Below, one piece after another: positions 48,390 through 61,829 of a DNA stretch of 64,000 nucleotides. The stretch comes from Squalus acanthias (lineage: Eukaryota): NCBI GenBank assembly GCA_030390025.1, contig CM059432.1:744001-808000 (forward strand). The letters run 5' to 3'. How positions within the stretch are numbered: the stretch's first letter is position 1; each line of letters starts with the position of its first letter. Both the position numbers and the translations under genes were made by a program. Below the pieces are notes generated by a model that made no database searches, was not told the origin of the DNA, and saw only the letters and a list, made by a program, of their open reading frames with translations.

Positions 48390-50040
48390 GGAGGGGGGGA
48401 GAGAGAGAGAGCGGGGGCGGGAGAAAGATAGGGAATCGGAGGGAGAGAGGGAATCGGACTGGACAGGCTGGGGTTGTTTTCCTTAGAGCAGAGAAGGCTG
48501 AGGGGGGACCTGATTGAGGTGTACAAAATTATGAGGGGCATAGATAGGGTAGATAGAAAGGAACTTTTCCCCTGAGTAGAGGGGTCAATAACCAGGGGGC
48601 ATAGTTTCAAGGTAAGGGGCAGGAGGTTTAGAGGGGATTTGAGGAAAAACTTTTTCACCCAGAGGGTGGTTGGAATCTGGAACTCACTGCCTGAAAGGGT
48701 GGTAGAGGCAGGAACCCTCACAACATTCAAGAAGCATTTAGATGAGCACTTGAAATGCTATAGCATACAAGGCTACGGACCAAGTGCTGGGAAATGGGAT
48801 TAGAATAGTCAGGGCTTGATGGCCGGCGCGGACACGATGGGCCGAAGGGCCTCTTTCTGTGCTGTATAACTCTATGACTCTATGAGAGAGAGAGGGAATC
48901 GGAGAGAGAGGGAATCGGAGAGAGGGAATCGGAGAGAGAGAGGGAATCGGAGAGAGAGGGAATCAGAGATGGAGAGAGAGAGGGAATCGGAGAGAGAGGG
49001 AATCAGAGATAGAGAGAGGGAATCGGAGAGAGAGGAAATTGGAGAGAGAGGGAATCGGAGATAGAGAGAGGGAATTGGAAAGAGAGAGGGAATCGGAGAT
49101 AGAGAGAGGGAATCGGAGAGAGAGAGAGGGAATCGGAGAGAGAGGGTCTTATATTGAAGGCCTCTAGTTATGCTCTTCCCCACAAGTGGAAACATTCTCT
49201 CTGTATCCACTCTATCAAAACCTTTCATGATTTTAAAGACCTCTATTAGGTCACCCCTCAGTCTTCTATTTTCAAGAGAAAAGAGACCCAACCTGTTCAT
49301 CCTTTCCTGATATGTATACCCTCGCATTTCTGGTATCATCCTTGTAAATCTTCTCTGCACCCTCTCCAGTGCCTCTATATCCTTTTTATAATATGGCGAC
49401 CAGAACTGTACGCAATACTCTAAGTGTGGTCTAACCAAGGTTCGATACAGGTTTGGCATAACATCCCTATTTTTCAATTCTATCCCTCTAGAAATAAACC
49501 CTAGTGCTTGGTTTGCTTTTTTTATGGCCTTGCTAACCTGTGTCACAACTTTTAGTGATTTGTGTATTTATACTCCGAGATCCCTTTGTTCCCCCACCTA
49601 GACTCGCACCCTCCAAGTGATAAGTGACCTCCCTATTCTTCCTACCAAAATGTAATACCTCACATTTATCTGTGTTGAACTTCATTTGCCAATTATTTGC
49701 CCATTCTGCAAGTTTATTAATGTCTTGTAATTTGTTGCTATCCTCCTCAGTATTGACTATCCCCCCAATTTGGTATCATCCGCAAATTTAGAAATTGTGT
49801 TTTTGATTCTAAAGTCTAAATCGTTAATATAAATTGTGAACAACAGTGGTCCCAGCACTGATCCTTGTGGAACACCACTACCCACCTTCTGGAATCGGAG
49901 GGAGAGAGAGGGAGAGAGAGGGAATCGGAGGGAGAGAGGGAATCGGGGGGGGGGGAAGAGAGAGGGAATTGGAGGGAAAGAGGGAATCGGAGGGAGAGAG
50001 AGGGAATCGGAGGGAGAGAGAGGGAATTGGAGGGGGAGAG
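48390..50040. repeat. Purine-rich (GGAGAGAGAGGGAATC)n repeat split by two CR1 fragments (+ about 48459-48883; - about 49147-49890)
   Basis: The same repeat unit occurs on both sides of each CR1; ORF 48872..49546 is CR1 running into the repeat. Confidence 0.8.
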
Positions 50041-50459
50041 AGGTCAGTTACTTGGGTGGCAGGAGGTCAGGAACTTGGGTGGGGGGGTGGTTGAGTAGGT
50101 CAGGAACTTGGGCAGTGGGGAGAGTAGGTCAGGAACTTGGACGGGGGGGCGGGGTGGGGGTGGGGTAAGAGTAGGTCAGGAATTTGGACGGGGTGGGGGG
50201 TGGGTGTAGGTCAGGAACCCGCGAGGGTGAGCCCTATTTGTTTCAAGTGAGCTCTGTTCTGTCTGGAGTAGGTAGTCAGTTAGGCTCGAATTACACTTTG
50301 CAAAGTAAGTGATTACGTAGGCAGGGAGGATCTAATTACACATTCCAGAGAAACTGCTGGGTGTGTCTTGTCCTCTAAGGGGATCAATCAGCAATCAGGA
50401 CTTGTCATCCAAGGGGACCAATCAGAGCTTTTGGTGTTGCGAATAAACACGTCCAACAA

Positions 50460-51025
50460 AAATCGAAACAGAAAATGCTGGAAATGCTCAGCAGGTCAGG
50501 CAGCATCTGTGGAGAGAGAAACAAAGTTAATGTTTCAGGTCGATGACCCTTCATCAGAACTGGAAAAAAGCTGGAGATGTAACAGATTTTAAGCAAGTGT
50601 AGGGGCAGGGAAAGGGGGGAGGGGAGGAAAGAACAAAAGGGAAGGTCTGTGATAGGATGGAAGGCAGGAGAGATTAAGAGACATTAGGAGAGATTAAGAG
50701 ATGGTGCAAGGCAAAAGGAGATGGTAATGGGACAAGTTAAGAAACAAAAGATGGCTCTGGAGAAGTGTAAATGGCACTGGCAGAATGAAAGACAGCTGCC
50801 ATGTGGGAGAGAGAGAGAAAATAAATAAATAAAATAAATGGAAAAAAAGGGTCGGGGCCGAGGTTATGGTCTGAAATTGTTGAACTCTATGTTGAGTCCA
50901 GAAGGCTGTAAAGTGCCTAATCGAAAGATGCTGTTCCTCGAGCTTACGTTGAACTTCATTGGAACATTGTAGGAGGCCGAGGACGGTGAGGTCTGAGTGG
51001 GAGTGGAGTAGAGAATTAAAGTGAC
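50460..51025 (-). mobile_element. Second Penelope-like element 3' fragment
   Basis: HSHSDLTVLGLLQC...RKLEEQHL / IFRLGTLQPSGLNIEF (GIY-YIG C-terminus) followed by a hammerhead-bearing 3' end. Confidence 0.8.
50525..50561 (-). ncRNA. Minimal hammerhead ribozyme motif
   Basis: Minus strand reads AGUU-CUGAUGA-A-GGGUC-AUC-GACCU-GAAA-CAUU-AACU. The expected palindrome AACGUU appears as AACAUU, consistent with CpG decay. Confidence 0.7.
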
Positions 51026-51775
51026 AGAAATCCAACAAAAGTCTATCAATCTCAGTTTTGAAATTTTCAATTGACCCCCAGCCTCAGCAGCTTTTTGGGG
51101 GGGGAGAGTCCCATATTTCCACCACCCTTTGTGTGAAGTGCTTCCTGACATCACCCCATAATGGCCTGGCTCTAATTTTAAGGTTATGCCCCCCTTGTTC
51201 TGGACTCCCCCACACCAGAGGAAATAGTGTCTCTCTATCTACCCTGTCAATTGCTTTAATTATCTTAAACACCTCAATTAGTTCACCCCTTAATCTTCTA
51301 TATTCAAGGGAATACGAGCCTACTCTATGCAGCCTGCCCTCATAATTGAATGCAATTTTTTTAAACGGAGGATTGTTATAGGATAAGTTGGCGAGAAACA
51401 AATACTTGAATAGATCTGAGAGGCAGGAAAACAGACTTCAGGAGAAGTGGTGACAGAAAGGAGCAGGAGTGGGCAATAATGCAATCGAGATGAAAGTAAA
51501 AGAGGAGAAAAGAGTTGAAGAGGAAAGAGCAAGTCTAACAAAGAACAGTGCAAAGCTGTGAAGAAAGAGAAAAATGCCTCTTGTACCATTCTCGGATTAT
51601 TATCCTAAGTACGTTCAATACTTTAAGTACTTGGGCCTAACTTTATTCACATTGGTATGCTGATGGGAACAGAGTTATTTTTTGGACTTGCGTACAGCTC
51701 TACCGGGCTTTTCAGAATTAAATGTCAGTCTTAATTTTAGCTTTTCTATTAATCCTTAAATTATTTCCTTTTCAG

Positions 51776-51928
51776 GGGCAATTCTGTGATCACTGTTCGT
51801 CTGATGATGCGTACAAAGCTCATGCAGTCACCAATGCCATCGATGGTACTGAGCGCTGGTGGCAAAGCCCACCTCTGTCCCGTGGACTGCACTACAATCA
51901 AGTCAATGTCACTCTGGACTTTGGCCAG
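51776..51928 (+). CDS. LAMA3: Laminin alpha-3 (or alpha-5) coding exon 2, LN domain
   Basis: Acceptor TTTCCTTTTCAG, 153 nt encoding [51 protein letters not shown], donor CAG|GTCAGT. Phase 0 joins exon 1 across a 10,731-bp intron. Confidence 0.88.
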
Positions 51929-52004
51929 GTCAGTAGATGATATCTGGAGATGTTTATTCGTCTTTGGTTGGTACATCTGTTATTTCAACACCAATTTTTT
52001 GAAT

Positions 52005-52525
52005 ATGGGCACCAGACTTCAGGAAGGATATCAAGGCCTTGGAGAGGGTGCAGAGGAGATTTACTAGAATGGTACCAGGGATGAGGGACTTCTGTTATGT
52101 GGAGAGACTGGAGAAGCTGGGATTGTTCTCCTCAGAGCAGAGAAGGTTAAGGGGAGATTCAATAGAGGTGTTCAAAATTATGAGGGGTTTTGATAGAGTA
52201 AATAAAGAGAAATTGTTTCCAGTGGCAGGAGGGAGACAGAGGCACAGATTTAAGGTGATTGGCAAAAGAACCAGAGGGGAGAGGAGGAGAATTTTTTTAA
52301 CGCAGCGAGTTGTTATGATCTGGAACGCACTGCCTGAAAGGGGGGAGTAAGAAGATTTAATAGTAACTTTCAAAAGGGAATTAGATAAATAATTGAAAAG
52401 AAGAAATTTGCAGGGCTATGGGGAAAGAGCAGGGGGAGTGGGACTAATTGGAGAGCTCTTTCAAAGAGCCGGCACAGGCACGATGGGCCGAATGGCCTCC
52501 TTCTGTGCTGTGAGATTCTATGATT
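52005..52525 (+). mobile_element. CR1 3' fragment starting about 80 bp after exon 2
   Basis: ORF 52039..52350 and a CR1 3' UTR. Confidence 0.85.
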
Positions 52526-52697
52526 ATGGTGATTAGCTGAACTGGTATTTCCAACCTGTGAATATGTTACTAATTAAAACCTAAAATTCTTCCTTGCTGA
52601 CCAATCCCTGGTAAAATAAACATTTGGATTGAATTAATTATTTAAACAATCAGTGTTACTGCAAATGAAAAAAAAACATCCTGAGGACTGGCCAACA

Positions 52698-53834
52698 ACA
52701 ACAACTTGTATTTATATAGTGCCTTTAACGTAGTAAAACGTCCCAAGGCGCTGCACAGGAGTATTTTAAGACAAAAAAATTGACACTGATCCACATAAGG
52801 ATAAATTAGGGCAGGTGACCAAAAGCTTGGTCAAAGAGGTAGGTTTTAAGGAGCGTCTTAAAGGAGGAAGAGAGGTAGAGAGACGGAGAGGTTTAGGCAG
52901 GGAATTCCAGAGCTTAGGGCCTAGGCAACAGAAGGCACGGCCGCCAAAGGTTGAGCAATCATAATCAGGGATGCTCAAGAGGGCAGAATTAGAGGAGCGT
53001 AGATATCTCGGGGGGGGTTGTGGGGCTGGAGGAGATTACAGAGATAGGGAGGGGCGAGGCCATGGAGGGATTTGAAAACAAGGATGAGAATTTTGAAATT
53101 GAGGCGCTGCTTAACCGGGAGCCAATGTAGGTCAGCGAGCACAGGGGTGATGGGCGAACGGGACTTGGTGCGAGTTAGGACACGGGCAGCCGAGTTTTGG
53201 ATGACCTCAAGTTTACGTAGGGTAGAATGTGGGAGGCCAGCCAGAGTGCATTGGAATAGTCAAGTCTAGAGGTAACAAAGGCATGAATGAGGGTTTCAGC
53301 AGTGGATGAGCTGAGGCAAGGGCGGAGACGGACGATGTTACAGAGGTGGAAGTAGGCGGTCTTTGTTATGCTGCGGATATGTGGTTGGATGCTCATTTCA
53401 GGGTCAGATATGACACCAAGGTTGTGAACAGTGTGGTTCAGTCTCAGACAGATGTTAGGGAGAGGGATGGAGTCAGTGGCTAGGGAACGGAGTTTATGGC
53501 GGGGATTGAAAACAATGGCTTCGGTCTTCCCAATATTTAATTGGAGAAAATCTTTGCCCGTCCAGAACTGTATGTCAGACAAGCAGTCTGACAATTTAGA
53601 CACCGTGGCGGGGTCGAGAGAATAGGTAGTGTGGTAGAGCTGGGTGTCGTCAGCGTACACGTAGAAACTGACGTATTTTCGGATGAGGTCATCAAGGGGC
53701 AACATGTGGATGAGAAATAGGAGGGGGCCAAGGATAGATCCTTGGGGGACACCAGAGGTAACGATGCGGGAGCGGGAAGAGAAGCTGTTGCAGGTGATTC
53801 TCTGGTTACGATTAGATAGATAAGAATGGAACCA
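52698..53834 (-). mobile_element. L2 LINE 3' fragment flanked by a 68-bp direct repeat
   Basis: YADDTQLY, LIHAFVTSRLDYSNAL; direct repeats at 52630-52697 and 53835-53902. Confidence 0.9.
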
Positions 53835-54314
53835 TGAATTAATTATTTAAACAATCAGTGTTACAGCAAATGAAAAAATAACATCCTGAGGACTGGCCAA
53901 CAGCAGAAAGTAAAAACATTTAAATACAAAATTCAAAGCCTTGTCAACTGGAAAGAAACAGAACCTAAATGTTTATCTGAAAGAAATAAATGGTTAATTC
54001 TGAACTAAGTATTAATGGCTGGATGAATGATATAGTCGATTTCTGCTAGACTTTGAATTAAAGCGCACACTTCCTAATTTATGCTTCAGTTAGCCTTCCC
54101 TTCTAACATAAAACTGCTGATTATGTTGTAATAGTATGTACAAAATGGAGATTTGCATTATAATTTTGTGCCAGCAAAATAATTTATTGATCATATCTTG
54201 TCTTGAATATCAGAACTTGAATATTTTTCACTAGTTATGTCATAATTTCCTGTCACATCCAAGGCACGAGTCTCAATAAAAACATCATCTTCATTACAAA
54301 CAATGGATGGTTAG

Positions 54315-56885
54315 AATCATAGAAATATAGAAACATAGAAAAATAGGAGCAGAAGTCGGCCATTCGGCCGTTCGAGCCTGCTCCGCTATTCAGTATGATC
54401 ATGGCTGATCCTCTATCTCAATATCATACCCCCGCTCTCTCCCCATACCCCTTGATGTCTTTTGTGTCTAGAAATCTATCTATCTCCTTCTTAAATATAT
54501 TCAGTGACTTGGCCTCCACAGCCTTCTGTGGTAGAGAATTCCACAGGTTCACCACCCTCTGAGTGAAGACATTTCTCCTCATCTCAGTCCTAAATGTCCT
54601 ACCCCTTATCCTGAGACTGTGACCCCTCGTTCTAGGCCCCCCAGCCAGGGGAAACATCCTCCCTGATACAACCATTCGGCCCATCGTGCCTGTGCCGGCT
54701 CTTTGATAGAGCTCTCCAATCAGTCCCACTCCCCCTACTCTTTCCCCATAGCCCTGCAAATTTTTCATTTTCAAGTATTTATCCAATTCCCTTTTGAAAG
54801 TTACTATTGAATGTGCTTCCACCGACCTTTCAGGCAGCGCGTTCCAGATCATAACAACTCGCTGCGTAAAAACAATTTCTCTTCTACTCTCCTCTAGTTC
54901 TTTTGCCATTTATCTTAAATCTGTGTCCTCTGGTTACCGGCCCTCCTGCCAGTGGAAACAGCTTCTCCTTATTTACTCTATCAAAACCCTTCATAATTTT
55001 GAACATCTCAATTAAATCTTCCCTTAGCCTTCTCTGCTCTAAGGAGAACAATCCCAACTTCTCTTGTCTCTACAGAACTAGGAATCAGTAAAAGGCTTAA
55101 GGCTAAACTGGAGGGTTCAGATGATGCTCATTAGCTGGCTAAGATTCATGTTCATAGTTTATGATGTATAGCAACCCCCAATTAAGTTGTATATGGAAGG
55201 CTGTTGCTTAATTGATGGGTTAGATTTTTAAAAATTCATTCACAGGATGTGGACGTCACCGGCAAGGCCAGCATTTATTGCCCATCCCTAATTGCCCTCG
55301 AGAAGGTGGTGGTGAGCCGCCTTCTTGAATACAACTGAGTGGCTTGCTAGGCCATTTCAGAGGGCAGTTAAGAGTCACTCTGTGGGTCTGGAGTCACATA
55401 TAGGCCAGACCGGGTTAGAATGGCAGATTTCCTTCCCTAAAGGACATTAGTGAACCAGATGTTTTTTTTTACGACAATCTGGTAGTTTCATGCTTATCAT
55501 TACTGATACTAGCTTTTTAATTCCAGATTTATTTAATTAAATTTAAATTCCCCAGTTGCTGTGGTAGGGATTTGAACTCATGTCGCCTGACCATTAGTCC
55601 AGGTTTAGCTGCTATGCTATCATTCCTAAGATGACACAGTGAGCCGCAAAAGCCAAGTTAGAATGCTCTACAAGTTACCACTGAACACCTAAATAAACAG
55701 CAATTACAAGAATGCTGAAAGGATGCTGATGGAAGTTTGCCAGAGGCGACTGTGATGTTTTCCTTGCACACTAATATATAGTCACATGGCTGACAGGAGG
55801 ATACAAGGGAATTAGGTTTTATAGTTAGGCTTACTTATTCAAACGGTTCAAGAAACACCCCTGAATAGCTTGGATAACCAATCACCTATACTTCCATTGG
55901 AGGCAGTTCAGAGAAGGTTCACGAGGTTGATTCCTGAGATGAAGGGGTTGACTTATGAAGAAAGGTTGAGCAGGTTGGGCCTATACTCATTGGAGTTTAG
56001 AAGAATGAGAGGTGATCTTATTGAAACATATGAGATACTGAGGGGGCTCGACAAGGTAGATGCAGAGAAGATGTTTCCCCTCGTGGGGGAATCTAGAACT
56101 AGGGGCCATAGTTTCAGGATAAGGGGTCGCCCATTTAAAACTGAGATGAGGAGGAATTTCTTCTCTCAGAGGGTCGTGAATCTTTGGAATTCTCTGCCCC
56201 AGAGAGCTGTGGAGGCCGAGTCAGTGAATATATTTAAGGTGGAGATAGACAGACTTTTGAACAATAAGGGAGTGAAGGGTTACGGGGAGCGGGCAGTGAA
56301 ATGGAGCTGAGACCAAGATCAGATCAGCCATGATCTCATCAAATGGCGGAGCAGGCTCGAGGGGCCAAATGGCCTACTCCTGCTCCTATTTCTTATGTTC
56401 TTATGAACTCTAATGTTGTATGGCAATAGACCGTATTAATTCAGGCCAGAAATTTATATACCATTCCATTACCAGGGATACCAGGTACTAGGGATGAGGG
56501 ACTTCAGTTAAGTGGAGAGACTAAAGAAGCTGGGATTGTTCTCCTTGGAACAGAGAAGGTTAAGGGGAGATTTAATAGAGGTGTTACGAAGGGTTTTGAT
56601 TGAGTAAATAAGGAGAAACTGTTGTAACCAGAGGACACAGATTTAAGATAATTGTCAAAAGAACCAGAGGGGAAATGAGGAGAATTTTTTTTTAATGCAG
56701 CGAGTTGCTGATCTGGAATGCGCTGCCTGAAAGGGCGGTGGAAGCAGATTCAACAGTAACTTTCAAAAGGGAATTGGATAAATACTTGAAAAGGAAAATT
56801 TTGCAGGGCTATGGAGAAAGAGCAGGGGGGGGACTAATTGGAGAGCTCTTTCAAAGAGCCGTCACAGGCACGATGGGCCGAATGC
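54315..56885. mobile_element. Cluster of CR1 3' fragments and one SINE
   Basis: ORFs 54424..54909 (-), 55870..56310 (+) and 56705..56908 (+); SINE at about 55235-55620. Confidence 0.78.
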
Positions 56886-57446
56886 AAGATTCTGTGATTA
56901 TTAAATAATCTCATTAAATAATGGAGAATGCTGAGAGGTCCAGTCAGTTTGTTTAACCATTGAATTTGGATATAATTTTTTTTATTCATTCATGGGCTGG
57001 ACTAATTATCCAGAGACGTGAGTTCAAATCCCACCACAGCAGCTGGGGAATTTAAATTCAGTTAATTGAACAAATCTGGAATAAAAAGCTAGTATCAGTA
57101 ATGGGGACCATGAAACTACCAGATTGTCATTAAAAAAAACATCTGCCGTCCTTACCCGGTCTGGCCTATATGTGACTCCAGACCCACAGCAATGTGGTTA
57201 ACTTTTAACTGCCCTCTGAATTGACCGAGCAAGCCACCACCTAAGGCACCTTCTCGAGGGCAATTGGGGATAGGCAATAAGTGCCAGTGATGCCCACATC
57301 CTGTGATTGAATTTTTTAAAATGTGGGCGTCACTGGCAAGGCCAGCATTATTGCCCATCCCTAATTGCCATTGAGAGGGTGGTGGTGAGCCACTTGCTCA
57401 CATTGCTGAGTGGCTTGCTAGGCCATTAAAGAGGACAGTACCCTTA

Positions 57447-58187
57447 GGGCTGGATTTTGTCTTGGAGTTGGGTTGGGGTCGGGTTACCCGCATTTCGTGT
57501 TGTCCCCCCGACTTCAGATTAATGTGGATGAATGATGCAAGTTTCACTTAATTGGGCAATTGAGTTCTAGCATGTGGGAACCCATGAACCAATTAGTGGT
57601 TTCAGTGGGAAAGTTGCCTCTGATGATGTCATCATTGCAGGCTGCCTGGTCTCAGAGATTGCCTGGCTTTTGCTGTAAGTGGACCTGTCTGGCTTTTGCT
57701 GTGAGTGGATGCAAAATGAGCAGAGAGAGAGAGAGAGAGACAGAGAATTTTTTTCCATCCAGGGCCTCTCATAGCAAGGCCAGGCAGTCTCTGAAGACAA
57801 TGCAGCATCAGAGGCGACTTTCAGATCTAATACTACTACCTTCATCACATCTCCGTTGTAATAGTGGACCTGCAGCTGATAGTCAGCTATCCACTTGTGC
57901 TCCTGCCAGGTTTCACTGGAGTGTTTCACATCAGGCGTACTTCACGTCGGAAAAGGGTTAAACTAGCTAAAACGTTTCAAAATGGCATTACAGAGCCAAT
58001 TTAGGGTTTGTTAAGGGCCTCTCCCGCCTCTTGGAGGCGGGACGGAGTCGGGAACCCCGTGACCGATTTTGTCAAAATTGCGTGGAGGCGGAATGGAGTC
58101 GGGATGGGGTCAGGACCCCCAACCCCGCAACTTTAACCCCCCTCACGCCTCCAAACCCGACTCCACAGGTCATTGAAAATCCAGCCC
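57447..58187. mobile_element. Harbinger-type MITE, 741 bp
   Basis: Perfect 12-bp TIRs GGGCTGGATTTT; TSD TTA (57444-57446, 58188-58190). Confidence 0.88.
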
Positions 58188-58227
58188 TTAATGTTTGAGT
58201 AAATGACTTTGAACAATAGAAATAATA

Positions 58228-60825
58228 GAGGTGCCATTACACTACTAGTTGTATTCTATAGACCACCAAATAGTGGGAAAGATATGGAAGAGCAAATTTG
58301 CAGAGAAATTACAGAGAGGTGCAAGAACTATAGTGTAGTAATAATAGGGGACTTCAACTATCCTAATATGGACTGGGATCGTAATAGTGTTAAGGGCAGA
58401 GAAGGGGAAGAATTTCTGAAGTGTGTTCAGGAGAACTTTCTTGATCAGTATGTTTCCAGCCCGACGAGGGAGGGGGCATTGCTGGATTTGGTTCTGGGGA
58501 ATGAGGTGGGGCAAGTGGAGCAAGTATCAGTAGGTGAACATTAAGGGAACAGTGATCATAATATCATAAGGTTTAGATTAGCTATGGAAAAGGACAAGGA
58601 GCAATCTAGAGTAAAAATGTTTAACTGGGGGAAAGCCAATTTCAGTGGGATGAGAATGGATCTGGCCCGGGTAAACTTGAATCAAAAATTGACAGGCAAA
58701 ACTGTAATGGAACAATGGGCTGCCTTTAAAGAGGAAATAGTTCAGGTACAGTTCAGATACAGTTCCCACTAGGGGGAAAGACAGGGCAACTGAAGTCAGG
58801 GCTCCCTGGATGACGAAAGAGATAGAGAATATGATGAAGCAGAAAAAGAGCGAGTATGACAGATGTCAGGTTGCAAATACATCTGAGAATCAGGCTATAT
58901 ATATAGAAAGATCAGAGGAGAAGTGAAAAAGAAAATAAGAGGGGCAAAGAGAAGGTTTGAGAATAGAATGGCAGCCAACATAAAAGGTAATCCAAAAATC
59001 TTCGATAAGCATATAAATAGTAAAAGGGTAGTAAGAGAAGGGGTGGGGCCGATTAGGGACCAAAAAGGAGACCTATGTATGGAGGCAGAGGGTATGGCTG
59101 AGGTACTAAACGAGTACTTTGCATCTGTCTTCACCAAGGAAGAGGATGCTTCCATAGACATAGTAATGGAGGAGGTAGTGGAGACACTTGATAGGATAAA
59201 AATTGACAAAGAGGAGGTATCAGAAAGGCTGGCTGTACTTAAAGTAGATAAGTCACCAGGAGCGGATGGGATGCATCCTAGGATGCTGAGGGAATTGAGG
59301 GAGGAAATGGCGGAAATACTGGCCATAATATTCCAATCCTCCTTAGATACGGGGGTGGTGCCAGAGGACTGGAGAATTGCAAATGTTACACAATTATTCA
59401 AAAAAGGGTGTAAAGGTAAACCCAGAAACTACAGGCCAGTCAGTTTGACCTCGGTAGTGGGGAAGCTTTTAGAAACAGTAATCAGAGACAAAATTAACAG
59501 TCACTTGGACAAGTGTGGATTAATTAAGGAACGCCAGTACGGATTTATTAAAGGCAAATCGTGTTTAACTAACTTGATTGAGTTCTTTGATGAGGTAACA
59601 GAGAGGGTTGATGAGGGTAATGCAGTTGATGTAGTGTACATGGATTTCCAAAAGGCATTCGACAAAGTACCACATAATAGGCTTGCCAGCAAAGTTGAAG
59701 CCCATGGAATAAAAGGGACAGTGGCAGCATTGATACAGAATTGGCTAAGTGATAGGAAACAGAGAGTAGTGGTGAACGGTTGTTTTTTCGGACTGGAGGA
59801 AGGTATACAGTGGTGTTCCCCAGGGGTCGGTTCTAGGGCCACTGCTTTTCTTGATATATATTAATGACTTGGACATGGGTGTACAGGGCACAATTTCAAA
59901 ATTTGCAGATGACACTAAACTTGGAAGTATAGTGAACAGTGAGGAAGAGAGTGATAGACTTGAGGAAGACATAGACAGGCTGGTGAAATGGGCGGACACG
60001 TGGCAGATGAAATTTAACGCAGAAAAGTGTGAAGTGATGCATTTTGGTAGAAAGAATGAGGAGAGGACATATAAACTAAATGGTACAATCCTGAAGGAGG
60101 TGCACGAAGAGAGAGACCTGGGGGTATGTGTGCACAAATCATTGAAGGTGGCAGGGCAGGTTGAGAAAGTAGTTAAAAAGGCTTACGGGATCCTGGGCTT
60201 CATGAATAGAGGTATAGAGTACAAAAGTGTGGAAATTATGATGAACCTGTATAAAACACTGGTTTGGCCCCAACTGGAGTATTGTGTCCAATTCTGGGCA
60301 GCGCACTTTAGGAGGGATGTGAAGGCCTTAGAGAGGGTGCAGAAAAGATTTACAAGAATGATTCCAGGAATCAGGGACTTCAGTTACGTTGATAGACAGG
60401 AGAAGGTGGGGTTGTTCTCCTTGGAACAGAGAAGGTTGAGAGGAGATTTGATAGAGGTGTTCAAAATCATGAAGGGTCTGGACAGAGTAGATAGAGAGAA
60501 ACTGTTCCCATTGGCGGAAGGGTCGAGAACCAGAGGACACAGATTTAAGGTGATTGACAAAAGAACCAAAGGCGACATGAGGAAAAAAAATTTTACGCAG
60601 CGAGTGGTTATGATCTGGAATGCGCTGCCTGATAGGGTGGTGAGGGCAGGTTCAATCACGACTTTCAAAAGGGAGTTGGATAAGTACCTGAAGGAAAGAA
60701 ATTTGCAGGGCTACGGGGAAAGGGCGGGGGAGTGGGACTAGCTGAAGTGCTCTTGCAGAGAGCCGGCACGGGCTCGATGGGCCGAATGGCCTCCTTCTGT
60801 GCTGTAACCATTCTATGATTCTATG
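58228..60825 (+). mobile_element. CR1 LINE with most of ORF2 (part of the AP endonuclease plus RT), disrupted
   Basis: VFYRPPNSG, IIGDFNYP, LLDLVLGN, NYRPVSLTS and FADDTK, with stops and frameshifts; (ATTCTATG)n tail. Confidence 0.93.
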
Positions 60826-60859
60826 AATAATAGTTTTGAAGCAGAATTGTAAACTAACA

Positions 60860-61330
60860 CCCTAGGATGAGAGGGCTGTCCTATGAGGAGAGATCGAGTA
60901 GAATGGGGCTATACTCTGGAGTTTAGAAGAATGTGAGGTGATCTCATTGAAACATATAAATTCTGAGAGGACTTGACAGGGTAGATGCCGAGAGGCTGTT
61001 TCCCCTGGCTGGAGAGTCTAGAACTAGGGGTCACAGTCTCAGAATAAGGGGTCGGCCATTTAAGACTGAGATGAAGAGAAATTTCTTCACTCAGAGGGTG
61101 GTGAATCTTTGGAATTCTCTACCCCAGAGGGCTGTGGATGCTGAGTCGTTGAGTATATTCAAGGCTGAGATCGATAGATTTTTGGACTCTAGGGGAATCA
61201 AGGGATACAGGAATAGGGCAGGAAAGTGGAGTTGAGGTAGAAGATCAGCCATGATCTTATTGAATGGCGGAGCAGGCTCGAAGGGGCGAATAGCCTACTC
61301 CTGCTCCTAATTCTTATGATCTTCTTATGT
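60860..61330 (+). mobile_element. CR1 3' fragment
   Basis: Matches other copies: GAATAAGGGGTCGGCCATTTAAGACTGAG...CTCCTGCTCCTA...CTTATG. Confidence 0.82.
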
Positions 61331-61829
61331 TTGGGCTTCCAGCCTACTCCCGGTTTAAATACTGTTGTACAATATTACAATCAGTGATTTTATTTCTTCT
61401 CAAATTCCACCTTACTACGCAAAACAATCCTTTCTGTCTCCATTCTCAGTCTTTGTTTTCTTATTGTCCAATTTTAGGGCGACGGATAACAGTACTTATC
61501 TACTTTTGTTTGCGTGTTGAAATATTTTGGGACTCTTTGTTCATAAATATTCTGTCAGATTTAAAAACTATAATTAAATGTAATAATAATAATCTATCTA
61601 TTCAGTTCCTTTTAATTTTGAACGTAAAAATTCATTAATTCAAGTAAACATATATATCATTGGATGGTGAACTGCCACAGAGGAGAAATTATTATTATGA
61701 ATTTTTTATGTAAAATCCATTTAATTCTTGAGCCTGACCAGGCTACTGTGCAAGACGCACACAATGTGATTGATTCTAAGAATGGAAATGTTACTGGATA
61801 GAAAATATAATATTTCTCCCATTCTTAAA

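Noticed and set aside
51722..51775. Hydrophobic ORF extension upstream of exon 2 resembling an alternative signal peptide
   Set aside because: It is the translated T-rich polypyrimidine tract of the acceptor; nothing supports a separate start.
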